Part shown: positions 49,672 through 62,755 of the stretch, in pieces
Position numbering within the stretch: the stretch's first letter is position 1
How the letters are laid out: the number at the start of each line of letters is the position of its first letter
Source: Chiloscyllium plagiosum
Taxonomy: Eukaryota
DNA length: 64,000 nt
Assembly: GCF_004010195.1 (NCBI RefSeq)
Contig: NC_057731.1
Span: 13,044,145-13,108,144, forward strand
Direction of reading: 5' to 3'
Notes under the pieces: generated by a model
Database searches by the model: none
The model's input: only the letters and a program-made list of their open reading frames with translations
Told to the model about the DNA's origin: nothing
Made by a program: the position numbers and the translations under genes

Positions 49672-51112
49672 TGACACCGCAAAGGATTCCCTGAAAGAGA
49701 AACTGCTTCAGCTACAATGTCACTTCACATGGACCCTGCAAGTAGAGGATGTGGAGTGGGATGATTTGCAGGAACGATTAAATTACACAATTGAGGCTGA
49801 CATTGTGCAATATAAAGTCATGCCTTACAATCTACTTACTTTTGTCAACTGTGTACGAGGTAAACATGAGGAGGCATTCAATCATTTGTGGGAAGCTCAG
49901 GAGATTCTGAGGAAGGATCACAAGTCGAATGTTGAAAAGTGGAGCATCGTCACTTACGGAAACGCAGCCTGGGTCTATTACCACGTGGGAGAAGTGGTAG
50001 AGGCTCAGGCCTACCTCAACAAGCTGGAGAGGATCTGCCAACAGTTCCCTGATGCCTCTCGCTTTACAGCAATGACCCCTGAAGTATACGGGGAGAAGGG
50101 TTGGTCCCTGTTGAGATTTGGCTGGAAATATTATGAAGAGGCAAATGAGTGTATTGAGAAGGCTCTGGAAGCAGATCCTGATAACATTGAGTGGAATACA
50201 GCTCACGCAACCTCTCTGTTCCGACTTAAAGGAAATATTGGAGTCCCTCAGTGTCCTGAGCACTGCAAAGTAGTGAAACAGTTACAACGGGCATTGGAAC
50301 TGAACCCAAAGGACTCTTTTCTCAAGGTCACGCTGGCTCTAAGACTACAATATTTCAAACAGGAAGAGGAATCTCACAGATTGTTAGAAGATGTGCTCCT
50401 GAATTCTCCTGATGATCCCTATTTAATTCAACATGCGGCCAAAGCTTTAAGAAAGGAAGGATCTGTTGAACGATCCCTAGAGATGTTGAAAAAGGCACTC
50501 ATATTAAGACCAAACTCTGGACTCCTTCACCACCAGATCGGTTTATGCTACAAAAAGAAACTGTTTACACTGAAGAAAACACCTTATAAATATAATGCTT
50601 ATGAGGAAAGGAAAAAACTGATTGAACTTTGCAAATATCATTTCCAAACAGCATTTGATCAGAAACCATCACTTATTTTTGCAATGCTTGATTTGATAGA
50701 AATCCTTAAAGAAACTAAAGAATATTCCAAGATTGATGAGATCTACGAAAACATGATCAGAAATAAAGATTGCAACTACATAAATAGACACTTAATATTT
50801 GGGAACTATGGAATATACCAGCTATATGCGAAAAGATCACAGCCTAATGCTATTCGTTATTTTAAAGAATGCTTAAAAATCAAGGCATGGGGAGGGCTGT
50901 CTATGGAATGCCGAGCAGCATTAGAAGGAATCGCTGAAGATCGATTGGACGAATATTCAAGAGACAGTGTTGCCTTTGGCATATTGGGATTTTTGCACCA
51001 ATTGGATGGCAAGAAATCCGAAGCCATTGGATACTTTCAGAGAGCCCTGGAGTGTGATCGCTACAATGAGGAATTTCAGAATGCACTCCAGGATCTAAAG
51101 GAGGCTGCATAA
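49672..51112 (+). CDS. IFIT5: IFIT (IFIT5-like) copy 3, main coding exon 2
   Basis: Same acceptor (AG ending 49671), CHFTW and TPR motifs, intact to TAA; the first 17 codons of the ORF track entry are intron read-through. Confidence 0.95.
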
Positions 51113-51728
51113 AATCTGTCTTTGATTGCCTTCCTTTAGTCACTAGAACCAGATCCTTTCTCATTGGCTGGTTACAAAATTAATATAAAGCACACCTTCT
51201 GCAACATTTTAGGAATTCTTTGTCCACTCTGTCCTTTTATCTGGTTTTCCCAGCTTCTTTCAAGTCCCTGGCTCTTAATACAGTATTAAACTTACTGACC
51301 CCTGTTGCTTTTCTATCTCCATCTCACTATTTGCATCCAAATTAAACGTAATAGGCTACTTTCTGTTCTTTAAAACTAACCAAATACATTCATATTTGAA
51401 TCTATTAAGTGTCCTTTTATAGAACTTCAATAATATCCTTGATAAATATTGACCATCCCCACTCCCTGTACCACCAGCTTTTGTCTTCTCTTTTTCCTTT
51501 TCCCTATCGATTTTGAATCTATTGACACCTCATTCCTACTGATGTTTTGTCTATAATCACTATATCATTAGCCCATTTGGAAATTTGCATTTGTAATTCA
51601 TCAATTTCATTTGTCAGAACCCTTATATATTAACACACTTACTCTCTAATGTGATGCTAGTCAGCTTTTCTTTTAACCTCCATCTACTTTCTGCCTGGTG
51701 TTCTTTGTTAAGGTGCTGTATGTTCCTG

Positions 51729-51815
51729 ATGCAGGGCTTATGCCTGAAAGGTTGATTTTCCTGCTCTTTGGATGCTGCCTGATCTGCTGTGCTTTTCTAG
51801 CACCACATACTCGGC
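51729..51815 (+). mobile_element. Short PLE pLTR insertion
   Basis: Direct repeat tatgttcctg at 51719-51728 and 51816-51825; degenerate hammerhead core. Confidence 0.75.
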
Positions 51816-52309
51816 TATGTTCCTGTTTGTCACTTATATTTGCTGCGCACCTTCTCCATCTAATATGTTGCTAATTTCCTGGTAAAATTTGCTTTGTCAA
51901 AGTATTCCCTGATAGTGCTCATTAACATCCCTACCGTGACATTTGATTGAGAGCTGTTCGGATATAAATCCTTCCGTTAGATGGAATAGTTTTTGTCATG
52001 ACTTCAAAGCTTGGCCTTGCTGATTAATTTTTATAAAACACAATGATTTATCTTAAACGGGCAGCTACTACAATTATCCTCTCTGAATCCTATCAAAAAC
52101 CATTTGTAATTTCACTCAGAGTTTCCCTTAATACATTTTATACTCAAGCATGTTTTAGCTGGTTGTCAGTGAAGCTTAACTATCCTGATCCTGAGGAGAG
52201 TTGGGACAATAAAACTCAGCGCAAGGAATTTGATACCGCTCTCCTCTGTTGTATATTTTAATTGGTGTCAGGATATGTGGTATGCAGCTCATAAAAAGTA
52301 TCGCATTGA

Positions 52310-53150
52310 TAAGATTCCATTGTAATCCCAAAACAATGATTTTTTTTCATGGAAGTCCAGTTGTTGTTGTGCAACAGGCGCCGTTTAGAACTAACATGCT
52401 CCAAATATTAAATAACACAAAGAGAAAAATACTCCCACGGGGAGTTGATTTTTTTTTTCTGTTGGTGATGGGTTTTAATATATTTTCTGCAGTTAAAAGT
52501 AATCAGATACTTTCAGTTTCCACTCTCAACAGCAATTCTGAAAAATCCTCAACTCAAAAGTTGTGGGAAGTACAAAAATAGTTTTAAAGAGCTCATAATT
52601 TTAACATGATGTTGTTTTTGTTGCTGATCAAGTAATTGGGGGCAGCACAGTGGCTCAGTGGTTAGCACTGCTGCCTCACAGCACCAGGGTTCCAGGTTCA
52701 ATTCTAGCCTTGGGCAACTGTCTGTGTGGAGTTTGCCCATTCTCCCCGTGTCTGCGTGAGTTTCCTCCCACAGTCCAAAGATGTGCAGGTCAGATGAATT
52801 GGCTGTGCTAAATTGCCCATGGCGTTAGCCAGAGGGAAATGGGTCAGTGTGGACTTGTTGGGCTGAAGGCCCTGTTTCCATACTGTGGGAAATCTAATCT
52901 AAAAGTGAAGTACAAGCTGACTCTTTTTATTCTGCTTGTCTTGAGTTAAGAGAGATTTCGGAATAAGTATGTAGTAAATGTATTCACTGTACCTCACTGG
53001 TAACACCTCTCTCAGAGTCTGTGGGTTGTGGGAAGCACTGAGAAAGGACTATATTGTTAGAGGAACTGACTTGCAGGTTACAAGTTAAACCGGGGGTGAG
53101 ATATCCTGTTACACATTTTCTGAGCCTTCAGAGTGTCACTGAGACTCTCT
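52310..53150 (+). pseudogene. Dead IFIT exon-1/promoter module
   Basis: Homologous to 30340-30850 and 47020-47490; ISRE CTTTCAGTTTCC (52510-52521) intact, but ATGNN|gtaagagagatt is replaced by TTGAG|ttaagagagatt (52941-52957) and a SINE sits in the 5' UTR. Confidence 0.7.
52638..52900 (+). mobile_element. HE1 SINE
   Basis: tRNA head, core, aatctaatct tail. Confidence 0.9.
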
Positions 53151-53689
53151 TGTGGTAATTTTCAGGGAGGATGGTGGATGACAATGGGGTTAGATGTCTT
53201 TAAGATACATCCAAATGATATCATACTGTCCAGCGCATCTTTTCCAGTCTTTTTTATTCACTTGTGTGTTTCTTCTCACAAACAAATATAATAGACACTT
53301 ATGCTGCAAACAACCAACTAACCACTCATTTTCTTTCACTGTATTGATAGCCATCAATTCATGCCTTTGTTCATTTTTGGAAAACTAATAGGATATTGGC
53401 CAGCCAGTAAATAGAAGTGGACAAGTTAAAATTGGAGCAAGCGCCTACTTTTTATTGTCTTCCAGCACAGAGTGCTTGACATGAACATGTGCAGGAATGA
53501 TCTCAGTTACTATGCATTGAGCAGCATGTGGGTCAGTGACTTGCTGGCAGACCAGGAACAGCTGCATGTGGCAGCATTGAGTGGAATCATCACTTGCACA
53601 ACCCTATCACCACCAAGGTTTAATTATACTTCACTGCTTCCATTGTGTGGGAGGGCACCTAGCCACACCTAGGTAGACCCACATAGGTG

Positions 53690-54600
53690 TGAGGGAGGGA
53701 ATTCAAGGATTTTGACCGAATGATACTGAAGGATCAGTGATATATTTCTAAGTAAGAATGGTGATTGGCTTGGAGAGGAAGTTGTAGGCCGTGGTGGTGT
53801 TGCCATGTATCTGTGACCTTTGTCCTTCTAGATCAAAGTGGTCATGGGTTTAGAAGGTACTGTCTGAGGATCTTTTGTGAATTTCTGACGTCCATCTTGT
53901 AGATAGTATACACTGCTGTTACTGAGCGTCAGTGGTGGAGGAAGTGGATGCTTGTAGATGTGGTGGCACTCCAAGCATGCTGCTTTGTCTTGGATGGTAT
54001 TGAGCTTCTTGAGTGTTGTTGGAGCTGCACTCATCCAGGCAAGTGGAGAGTATTCCTTCACACTCCTGGCCTGTGTTTGATAGTTAGTAGTCAGGCTTTG
54101 GGGAGTCAGAAGGTGAATTACTCGCTGCAGTATTCCTAGCCTCTGACCTGTTGTTGTAGCCACTGTTTTTATGTAGCTAGTTTAGTTAAGTTTCTGGTCA
54201 ATAGTAACTCCCAAAATTTGATAGTAGAGGCTTCAAGGATGGTAACACCATTGAATATCAAGGGATAGTGATTCGATTGTCTCCTATTGGAGTTGGAATT
54301 TGCCTAGCGTTTGTGTGGCATGAATATTACTTGGCAGTTTTTAGTCTAAGCCTGGATATTGTCCAGAACACGGACTGCTTCAATATATGAGGGGTCATGA
54401 ATGTTGTTGGACGTTGTGTATTTATCAGAGAACATCCCTACTTCTGATGGAGGGAAGGTCATTGATGAAAAGGCTGAAGATGTTTGGGCCTACTGGGCTG
54501 AGGCCATGACCCTGAGGAACACCTGCATGCACGTCCTGGAGCTGGGATGACTGACCCTCCAATTAGCAAAGGCATCTCCCTATGTGTCAGGTATGACATG
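53690..54600 (-). mobile_element. LINE family B fragment
   Basis: ORF 53828-54163 GQRLGILQRVIHLLTPQSL..EYSPLAWMSAAPTTLKKLNTIQDKAACL. Confidence 0.85.
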
Positions 54601-56439
54601 ATCAAGTCATGATGCATGAGGATGAAAGGCATCTGCCCAGGTTGGGGCTGATGGTAGAACATTTGAAACTGGTGAAGTCTCTGAGGGAAGGTGAAGGTGT
54701 TCTGAGATCATTGGAAGCTCAGATTTTGGCACAGGGAATTGGACATTTAGGGTGCAGGATCCCCATGTATGCTTCCTTGATTCTACAGAGGAAGGGAGTT
54801 GTACTCCTGGTCAGGCATTCTAATTGTTGATGGGTAGGAAGCTAGAAAGATTCAGGAAAGACCATAAACACCTGATGCCCGGGCGAGTGAGGATACAAAG
54901 TGGGTTGTGACATCCGGAGACTCAATGCAATTGAATTGGTGGCATTCATGTTAGAACATCTGTGCAGGAAATCCAGTTGTGAAATACTGGGGAGTGGTAA
55001 AGATGTTCCAGGAGGTCCAAAGTACTCCTTGAGGTATAGACAAGGGATTTTAGGGACAGCAGGTACCATCTGCCTCAGGATTGAGTGGGATACTGTCACA
55101 GAGCAGTGTGACCATGCTGTCCCTGATCCACAATAACGTGCTCTTCATTGAAGCAAATACATTTTATTTTCAAGAAATAACAACCAAATTACAGAGGAGG
55201 CAGAGTTAAGATCAACAAAAAAGGTTGAGTTATTGGGTCGAATAATCTTTTTCTGTTGCTACATTGCTCTATGTTTACAGAAAGCTCTGCAAAGTTCTGC
55301 AAAAACGCAAAATGACCCAGATTGGCCAGTTTTTTATAGTTGGAGACTGTGCATATTGCAATGACATATCAGATGTCTCAGGAGTCCTCATGGAGTGACT
55401 CTGTAAGAATTGTTGAGGATGTTTATATTTCCCCATCTCCCAGCAAGTCCTGAATGTAGGTCTGTAGCCTGAGTAAATGTTATGAAAAGGCCTAGGTAAT
55501 ATTTTGAGGTTTTCACCTGGGGATGTATGATTCTTGACCATTTACTGAAATTCAAAGGGCTGCAGTTCAAATTAATAAGAAGTCATAAACTCTGGCTCAA
55601 TCCCCTGAAGATATGAATTAGAGTAGATTTATTTTAACTCTTTCATTATGTGGCTTAAGAGAAACCTGAAAATCACATTTGCAAATGTTCATTTTGAAGA
55701 ACTTTTAAAAAAGGTTGTTTAAATGTTTAAATTGTACTTGAACAATACAAATGTAATGAATTTTGTAACATATATAGGAAATAGTGCTATTATCAGTTTT
55801 AAAAGGCTATCAGCTATTACAGAGATCTTTCTATTTCTCATGGTGAGAATTTTTAATGTCTTGCTTTCAATAGTCTTTTCCAAGTACAAGGTGATTAAAT
55901 GTTCAAAGTGAAAGTTCTGGAGATGTAGCAAAAGGTCCGATGCCTGTAATTAAACATGTTACTGAATTGCTGAGATGAACTTTCAACGTGGTACCTTATA
56001 CTACATTTCACTTTGAGTCAGTCATTACAGAATTCTCTTACATTTGGCTACCATCACCTGCAGGTTTACAAAATGTCTTTTTCTAGTGAAGTTTCTATAG
56101 TGGACATCATGTTGATATTCTTGATAACACAAGGCTCATCAAAGGAAGGTCCTGCATCATTGTCGACTGTGTATGCAAAGGACAGTTCATCCACCCCAGA
56201 GAGTGTACACCATAAGAACATCTTGTGAAATGATGTCTGATGTCTGAGGCACTTTGCCAAAGATGCAATTGAATACGAGAAATGAAAACAAAGAACTGCA
56301 GATGCTGGAGATCTGAAAGCAAAATAGAAATGCTTGTGAAGCTCAGCAGTTGTGGGGAGAAAGCAGAGTTAACGTTTTAGAGTCCAGTGACTCTTATTAG
56401 AACAGAACATAATTGGATGCTTCTGTGAGGTATTGAACG

Positions 56440-56925
56440 AAGATTTGGTGCCATACTTGACATGCCAAACACTTAGCAGTGGTAATGAAAGCATAATATA
56501 GCACTGAAATTCTTCATTTCTAGTTTATTTCAATGTGGGACTGGTGGCGTGCAATATCTCACAGTTTACTGCCCTAACCTGGTGACCGAGGCAATCTTCC
56601 AGAAGGGTTTGGCATTCACTGACTTTGATATATCCTGTATGAAAATTAAGAAGACACCTCTCACTTTCCACAAGGATTGAAGGCTTCCTGAAGGTGAGTG
56701 CGACTGTTGACAATCAGATTCCATTGAAGGCACTACAACAGTATGTTGTTTCATTTATTAACAGGGAAGGTTTCCATTCTTTGAATGTAATTAATGTATG
56801 TGATGCAGATTCTAGACATGGATACAAGAAGTACAGGGAAGTACACATGATTCATTCATCTCATCAAACTCAAGGATGTAACAGGCAATGATGGAGTGAC
56901 TTTTTGGTATCATGGCTTATGATAC
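56440..56925 (+). mobile_element. Harbinger (HARBI1-like) DDE transposase remnant
   Basis: GFLKVSATVD..IPLKA..SFINREGFHSLNVINVCDA...GSTHDSFI, matching the Harbinger FP.V.GAID / NRKGFHSLNVQ.VCD / PGS.HDS motifs. Confidence 0.75.
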
Positions 56926-56930
56926 TATTT

Positions 56931-57735
56931 GAGCTGAAAATGTGTTGCTGGAAAGGCGCAGCAGGTCAGGCAGCATCCGAGGAGCAGGAGAATCGACGTT
57001 TCGGGCATGAGCCCTTCTTCAGGAACACTTACATTTCTTGCAGTTGCAGGGGAAGGTGCCGGGAGTGGATGTTGGGTTGGTGGGTGGTGTGGACCTGACA
57101 AGGGAGTCATGGAGGGAGTGGTCTTTTCGGAATACTGATAGGGGAGGGGAGGGAAATATATCCCTGGTGGTGGGGTCCGTTTGGAGGTGGCAGAAATGAT
57201 GACGGACGATATGATGTATATGGAGGTTGGTGGGGTGGTAGGTGAGGACCAGTGGGGTTCTGTCCTGGTGGCGATTGGAGGGGCGAGGCTCAAGAGTGGT
57301 GAAGCGGGAAGTGGAGGAGATGCGGTGGAGAGCATCGCTGATCACGTCTAGGGGGATATTGCGACCTTTGAAGAAGGAGGCCATCTGGGTTGTTCGGTAT
57401 TGGAACTGGTCCTCCTGGGAGCAGTTGCGGCGGAGACGAAGGAATTGGGAATGTGGGATCCGTTTGGAGGTGGCAGAAATGACGGCGGATGATACACTGT
57501 ATATGGAAGTTGGTGGGGTGGTAGGTGGGGACCAGTGGTTCTGTCCTGGTGGCGGTTGGAGGAGCGGGGCTCAAGGGCAGAGGAGCGGGAGGTGGAGGAG
57601 ATGCGGTGGAGGGCATCGCCATCACGTCTGGGGGGAAATTGCAGTCTTTGAAGAAGGAGGCCATCTGGGTTGTATGGTATTGGAACTGGACCTCCTGGGA
57701 GCAGATGCGGCAGAGATGAAGGGCATGAGGAATGT
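56931..57735 (-). mobile_element. PLE fragment with pLTR and internal tandem duplication
   Basis: ASFFKGRNIP..DALHRISSTSR..RTPLVLTYHPTNL..GTFPCNCKKC; ~283-bp unit repeated (57170 and 57453); pLTR at 56931-57025. Confidence 0.88.
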
Positions 57736-58259
57736 TGGATTAGAATGATCATATCAAATGGCTGGAGGGGCTGAATGGCCTACTCCAATTCCTATTTCTT
57801 ATGGAGTTAACTCCATGATGAAAATTGTCAAATTTTTCCAAATCCAGAAATTCCTAGTTCTGTTCCTCTCTCCCTGCTATCCCTGCAGTACTGCAGAATT
57901 CTGGCAATTCCAGAGCAGTCTCACTGACAATGTTCCCATTACATTGGGCAGTTTGTCAAAAATTACTATTTCAGCCACGCCTTGAGTTGGCAATTCTAAT
58001 TTGGACAGGAAACTGAAACCACACCAGCACTGCTTTGTTTCATTTCCTCAATTTAGTCTCTAATACACTCTAACATGATAAACAAAACAAGGAATACCCA
58101 AACATTCGGCTCAGTGATCTTTGTCCCACTGTCACCAGAAATTCTAAGCAAATAAAATATTGTTTTGAAGATGCAAAACAAATAGTACACCTATGATCTG
58201 AATAGTTCCTATAAGTACACTGACTCATGAGAGTCTTGGTTCAAACATGAAAAATGAGT

Positions 58260-58612
58260 CATATGATCTGGACAAAGTCTATTGCCACGCAAATTACCAG
58301 GCCATGACCATCTCCAATAAAAGACAATCTAACCACCTCCCTTTGACATTCAATGGTATTACCATTACTGAATCCCCCATTATCAATATTTGGGAGCTAC
58401 AATTGACTAGAAACTCCACAGGATGTACCTAAAAAACACAGCAGCTGTAACAGCAGGTCAGAGGCTAGGAATATTGCAGTGAGTAACTCACCTCCTGGCT
58501 GCCCAACGCTTGTCCACCAACCACAAGACACAAGTCAGGAGTGTAATGGAATATTCCTCACTCACCTGGAACACTCAAGAAGCTTAACACTATCCAGGAC
58601 AAAACCTCCCAC
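58260..58612 (+). mobile_element. LINE family B fragment (continues at 61355-61610)
   Basis: QAMTISNKRQSNHLPLTFNGITITESP; 3' end ctcaccaccatcttctcaagg at 61520. Confidence 0.8.
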
Positions 58613-60790
58613 TTGGATAGAGAAGGGACAGGAATGGTTGTTGCAGGTTCTGGGATTTAGATGTTTCAGTAAGAAAAGAGAAGATGGTAAAAGAGAGGAA
58701 GGTGTGGCATTGTTGATCAGGGACAGTATTACAGTGGCAGAAAGGATGTTTGAGGACTCGTCTACTGAGGTAATATGGACTGAGGTTAAAAACAAGAAAG
58801 GAGAGATCACCTTGTTGGGAGTTTTGTATGGGCCTCCGAATAGTTCCAGAGATGTAGAGGAAAGGATAGCCAAGATAATTCTGGATAAGAGCAAGGGTAA
58901 CAGGGTAATTGTTATGGGGTCTTCAACTTTCCAGATATTGACTGGAAATACTATAGTTCGAGTACTTTAAATGGGTCAGTTTTTGTCCATTGTGTGCAGG
59001 ACGGTTTACTGACACAGTATGTAGACAAGCCAACAAGGGGTGAGGCCACATTGGATTTGGTACTGGGTAATGAACCCAGTCACATGTTAGATTTGGAGGT
59101 AGGTGAGCACTTTGGGTGATAGTGACCACAATTTTTTTATGTTTACTTTCGCGATGTAAAAGGATAAGTATGTACCTGTCAGGCAGGGAGGAAGTGGTCG
59201 AGCAAGGGAGCCGTGGTTTACTAAAGAAGTTGAATCTTTTGTCAAGAGGAAGAAGGTGGCTTACGTTAAGATGAGACATGAAGGCTCAGTTAGGGCAATT
59301 GAGAGTTACATGTTAGCCAGGAAAGACCTAAAGAGAGCGCGAAGAAAAGCCAGGAGAGGGCATGAGACACGTTGACAGATAAGATCAAGGAAAACCCTCA
59401 GGCTTTCTATAGGTATATCAGGAATAAAAGAATGACTAGAAAAAGATTAGAGCCAATCAAGGATAGTAGTGGGAAGTAGCGTGTGGAGTCTGAGGAGATA
59501 AGGGAAGCACTAAATGAATATTTTTCATCAGTTTTCACACTGGAAAAAGCCAATGTTGTGAAGGAGAATACTGAGATACGGGCTGCTAGACTAGACAGGA
59601 TTGAGGGTCACAAGGAGGTGATGTTATCAATTCTGGAAGGTGTGAAAATAAATAAGTCCCCTGGGCCAGGTGGGATTTATCCTAGGATTCTCTGGGAAGC
59701 CAGGGAGGAGATTGCAGAGCCTTTGGTTTTGATCTTTATGTTGTCATTGTCTACAGGAATAATGCCAGAAGAATGAAGGATATAAAATGTTGTCCCCTTG
59801 TTCAAGAGAAAACCCTGGTAATTATAGACCAGTGAGCCTTACTTTGGTTGTGGGTAAAGTGTTGTAAAGGGTTATAAGAGATAGGATTTATAATCATCTA
59901 GAGAGAAATAAGTTGATTATGGATTGTCAACATGGTTTTGTGAAATGTAGGTTATGCCTCACACTCCTTATTGAGTTCTTTGAGATTGTGACCAAACAGA
60001 TGGATGAGGGTAAAATGGTTGATGTGGTGTATATGGATTTCAGTAAAGTGTTTGATAAGGTTCCCTATGGTAGGCTATTCCACAAAATACGGAGGCATGG
60101 ATTGAGGGTGATTTAGATCAGAAATTGGCTAGCTGAAAGAAGACAGTGGGTGTTGGTTGATGGGAAATATTCATCCTGGAGTTCAGTTACTAGTGGTGCA
60201 CTGCGAGGATTTGTACTGGGTCCACTGCTGTTTGTCATTTTTATAAATAACCAAGATGAGGGCATGGAAGGATGGGTTAGTAAATTTGCGGATGACACTA
60301 AGGACAGTGGAGCCGTGGATAGTGCTGAAGAATGTTGCAGGTTAAAAAGGGACATGGATAAGCTGCAGAGCTGGGCTGAGAGGTAGCAAATGGAGTTTAA
60401 TGAGGAAAAGTGTGAGGTGATTCACTTTGGAAGAAGCAACAGGAATAAAGAGTATTGGGCTAATAGTAAGATTATTGGTAGTGTAGAAGAGCAGAGAGAT
60501 CTTGATGTCCATATACATAGATCCCTGAGTTACTCAGATGTTGACTGGTCTGGAAGGAAGGTCTTATGAGGAATGGTGGAGGGACTTGACGCTGTTTTCA
60601 TTACAGGGAAGAAGGTTGAGATTTGAGTTAATTGAGATGTGAGATAATCGGAGGGTTCATTAGGATGTGCAGTGAGAGCCTTTTTCCTTGGATGGTGATG
60701 GCTGGCATGAGGGGGCATAGCTTTAAATTGAGGGGTGATAGATATAGGACAGATGTCAGAGGTAGTTTCTTCACTCAGAGAGTAGTAGGG
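58612..60790 (+). mobile_element. CR1/HER1 LINE, APE endonuclease and RT, degenerate
   Basis: GVALLIRDSI..LGVLYGPPNS (APE); KSPGPGGIYPRIL, YMDFSKVFDKVP, KFADDTK (RT); stops and frameshifts. Confidence 0.93.
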
Positions 60791-60990
60791 ATTGTTGCAA
60801 GTATTTTGGAACACCATCATTAAGTTGTGATAGTCTGTTAGGATTTCATATAGGATAAGGTATTCGGTATTCTGATTTCTGTTCTTTGTGTTTCATTCAG
60901 TGATCTTGTAAATAAATTCCGTTCTCTTTAAAACGAAGTGGTTTGAGCAGCTGATTCTCTCCAGGAATATCCACTGTACAGTTGCTGTGT

Positions 60991-61284
60991 GGGTGGCATG
61001 GTGGCACAGTGGTTAGCACTGTTGCCTCACAGCGCCAGAGACCCGGGTTCAATTCCCGCCTCAGGCGACTGACTATGTGGAGTTTGCACATTCTCCCCGT
61101 GTCTGCGTGGGTTTCCTCTGGGTGCTCCGGTTTCCTCCCACAGTCCAAAGATGTGCAGGTAAGGTGAATTGGCCATGCTAAATTGCCCGTAGTGTTAGGT
61201 TAGGGGTATGGCGGGTCGGTGTGGACTTGTTGGGCCGAAGGGCCTGTTTCCACACTGTAATGTAATGTAATCTAATCTAATCTA
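60991..61284 (+). mobile_element. HE1 SINE within an LTR fragment (60790-61337, related to 39230-39501)
   Basis: Full head/core/tail; flank gttagggtcagggctaccttcttgaaatattttgagggg matches 39445-39480. Confidence 0.9.
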
Positions 61285-62755
61285 AATCAAATGGCAAAGT
61301 TAGGGTCAGGGCTACCTTCTTGAAATATTTTGAGGGGTCTGGCCTGGTCCATAATAATGGGAACGCCACCACCTGCAGGTTTCCCTCTAAGCCACTCTCC
61401 ATCATGACTTAGAAACATTTCATCATTCCCTCACTTCGACTGGAAGATCCTGGAATCCCCTCCTTGAGGGCATTGTGGGTCTACCTACAGCACATTGACT
61501 ACAGTGGTTTAAGAAGGCAGCTCACCACCATCTTCTCAAGGAGAACTTCAGATAGTCAATACATGCTGGCCCAGCTAGCAATGCTACGTCCAGTGGGTGA
61601 ATTGGAAAAAGAGCAATAAATTAATGCAGTCATCTCAACTGCCCTGGAGATTGGTTTCAACCTGAACATGAGGGCTTGACTGATGCTGGGCCTTGGCCTT
61701 GTCAACAGATTTCTGACAGACTGTAGACACCAATTGGGTGACAAGGAGAACATCACCAAATTCTGGAGTACAGACTCTTGTCTGACAGTAACATTCAGGC
61801 TGGTGCTGGGAAAATGGAAAGCATGATCATAATTAGGAAGCTGGTGGACAGACACTGTAATGTCATCAGTGCAAATAATATTGAAAAAGTGCAGCCACAT
61901 GAGGTGGATCATTCATGTGACAGTGAGGCCACAAACAGCTTCTGGTGTCGGGACTTGGTTGTCGATGTTAATGGGGTGATATATGAGTGAACACTGATTA
62001 CAATACTCACTGAGATGCTGCGTACATTCCCTGTCTCATGTCACTGTCAAGAAGCCTGCAGGACTCCAGCGCCATATTGACAGAGGGGTTTCTGTGGGGT
62101 GTATACCTCTCCATTGAAATGATCCGTGTCTCACAATCCCAGAGGGCACTGCCCCTGCTGCCCAATACCTGCTGCAGCCTGTAACTGAGCAGCTGACCCG
62201 AGGGTCTGGCCTCCCTATGAGGATTCAGCAATACTTCCTGCTAAAGACAGAAAACCACTGTGACATCTCCAGAAAGATACCCCAGTGTTCACTAGGATGT
62301 GACGATAACACACGTTATTCTCAATCATCTAAACTCTGGCCATTTCAACATCACCAGAGCTGGGCCCTGTTTGAAATTGGATAAATGATCTTCGGGGAGG
62401 GACAAATGAACACGTGGAATGGTCCTGCTTGATTGACGTTCACAAAGAAAGCAGCCACTCAGTGGAAGGGCTGAGCTCTGCCATGCCAGGATGAAGAGCA
62501 GAGGTTTCTGGCACTGCCCGGGATGGTCTTGGTGCAGGATGGGCTGTTACACAGGCCGTGCTGGATGTAACTGGAGAAGCAGCACAGCCCCACTACAGCA
62601 TCACTGCTTCCCGATAGACTACCCCCCTCACACGTGTTACAGAGCCAGACCCTGTGCTCTGTCCAATCCTCATTCATAATAAACAGTAATCAGGGGAAGG
62701 CTCTTTTATCTAAGTGACACTGGAAACCTAAAACTGATGAATCACCTTCTGTATC

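Noticed and set aside
58008-58020. ISRE-like GGAAACTGAAAC (also AGTTTCACTTT at ~6876 and ~25414)
   Set aside because: Isolated motifs with no nearby exon or promoter context; expected by chance in AT-rich DNA.
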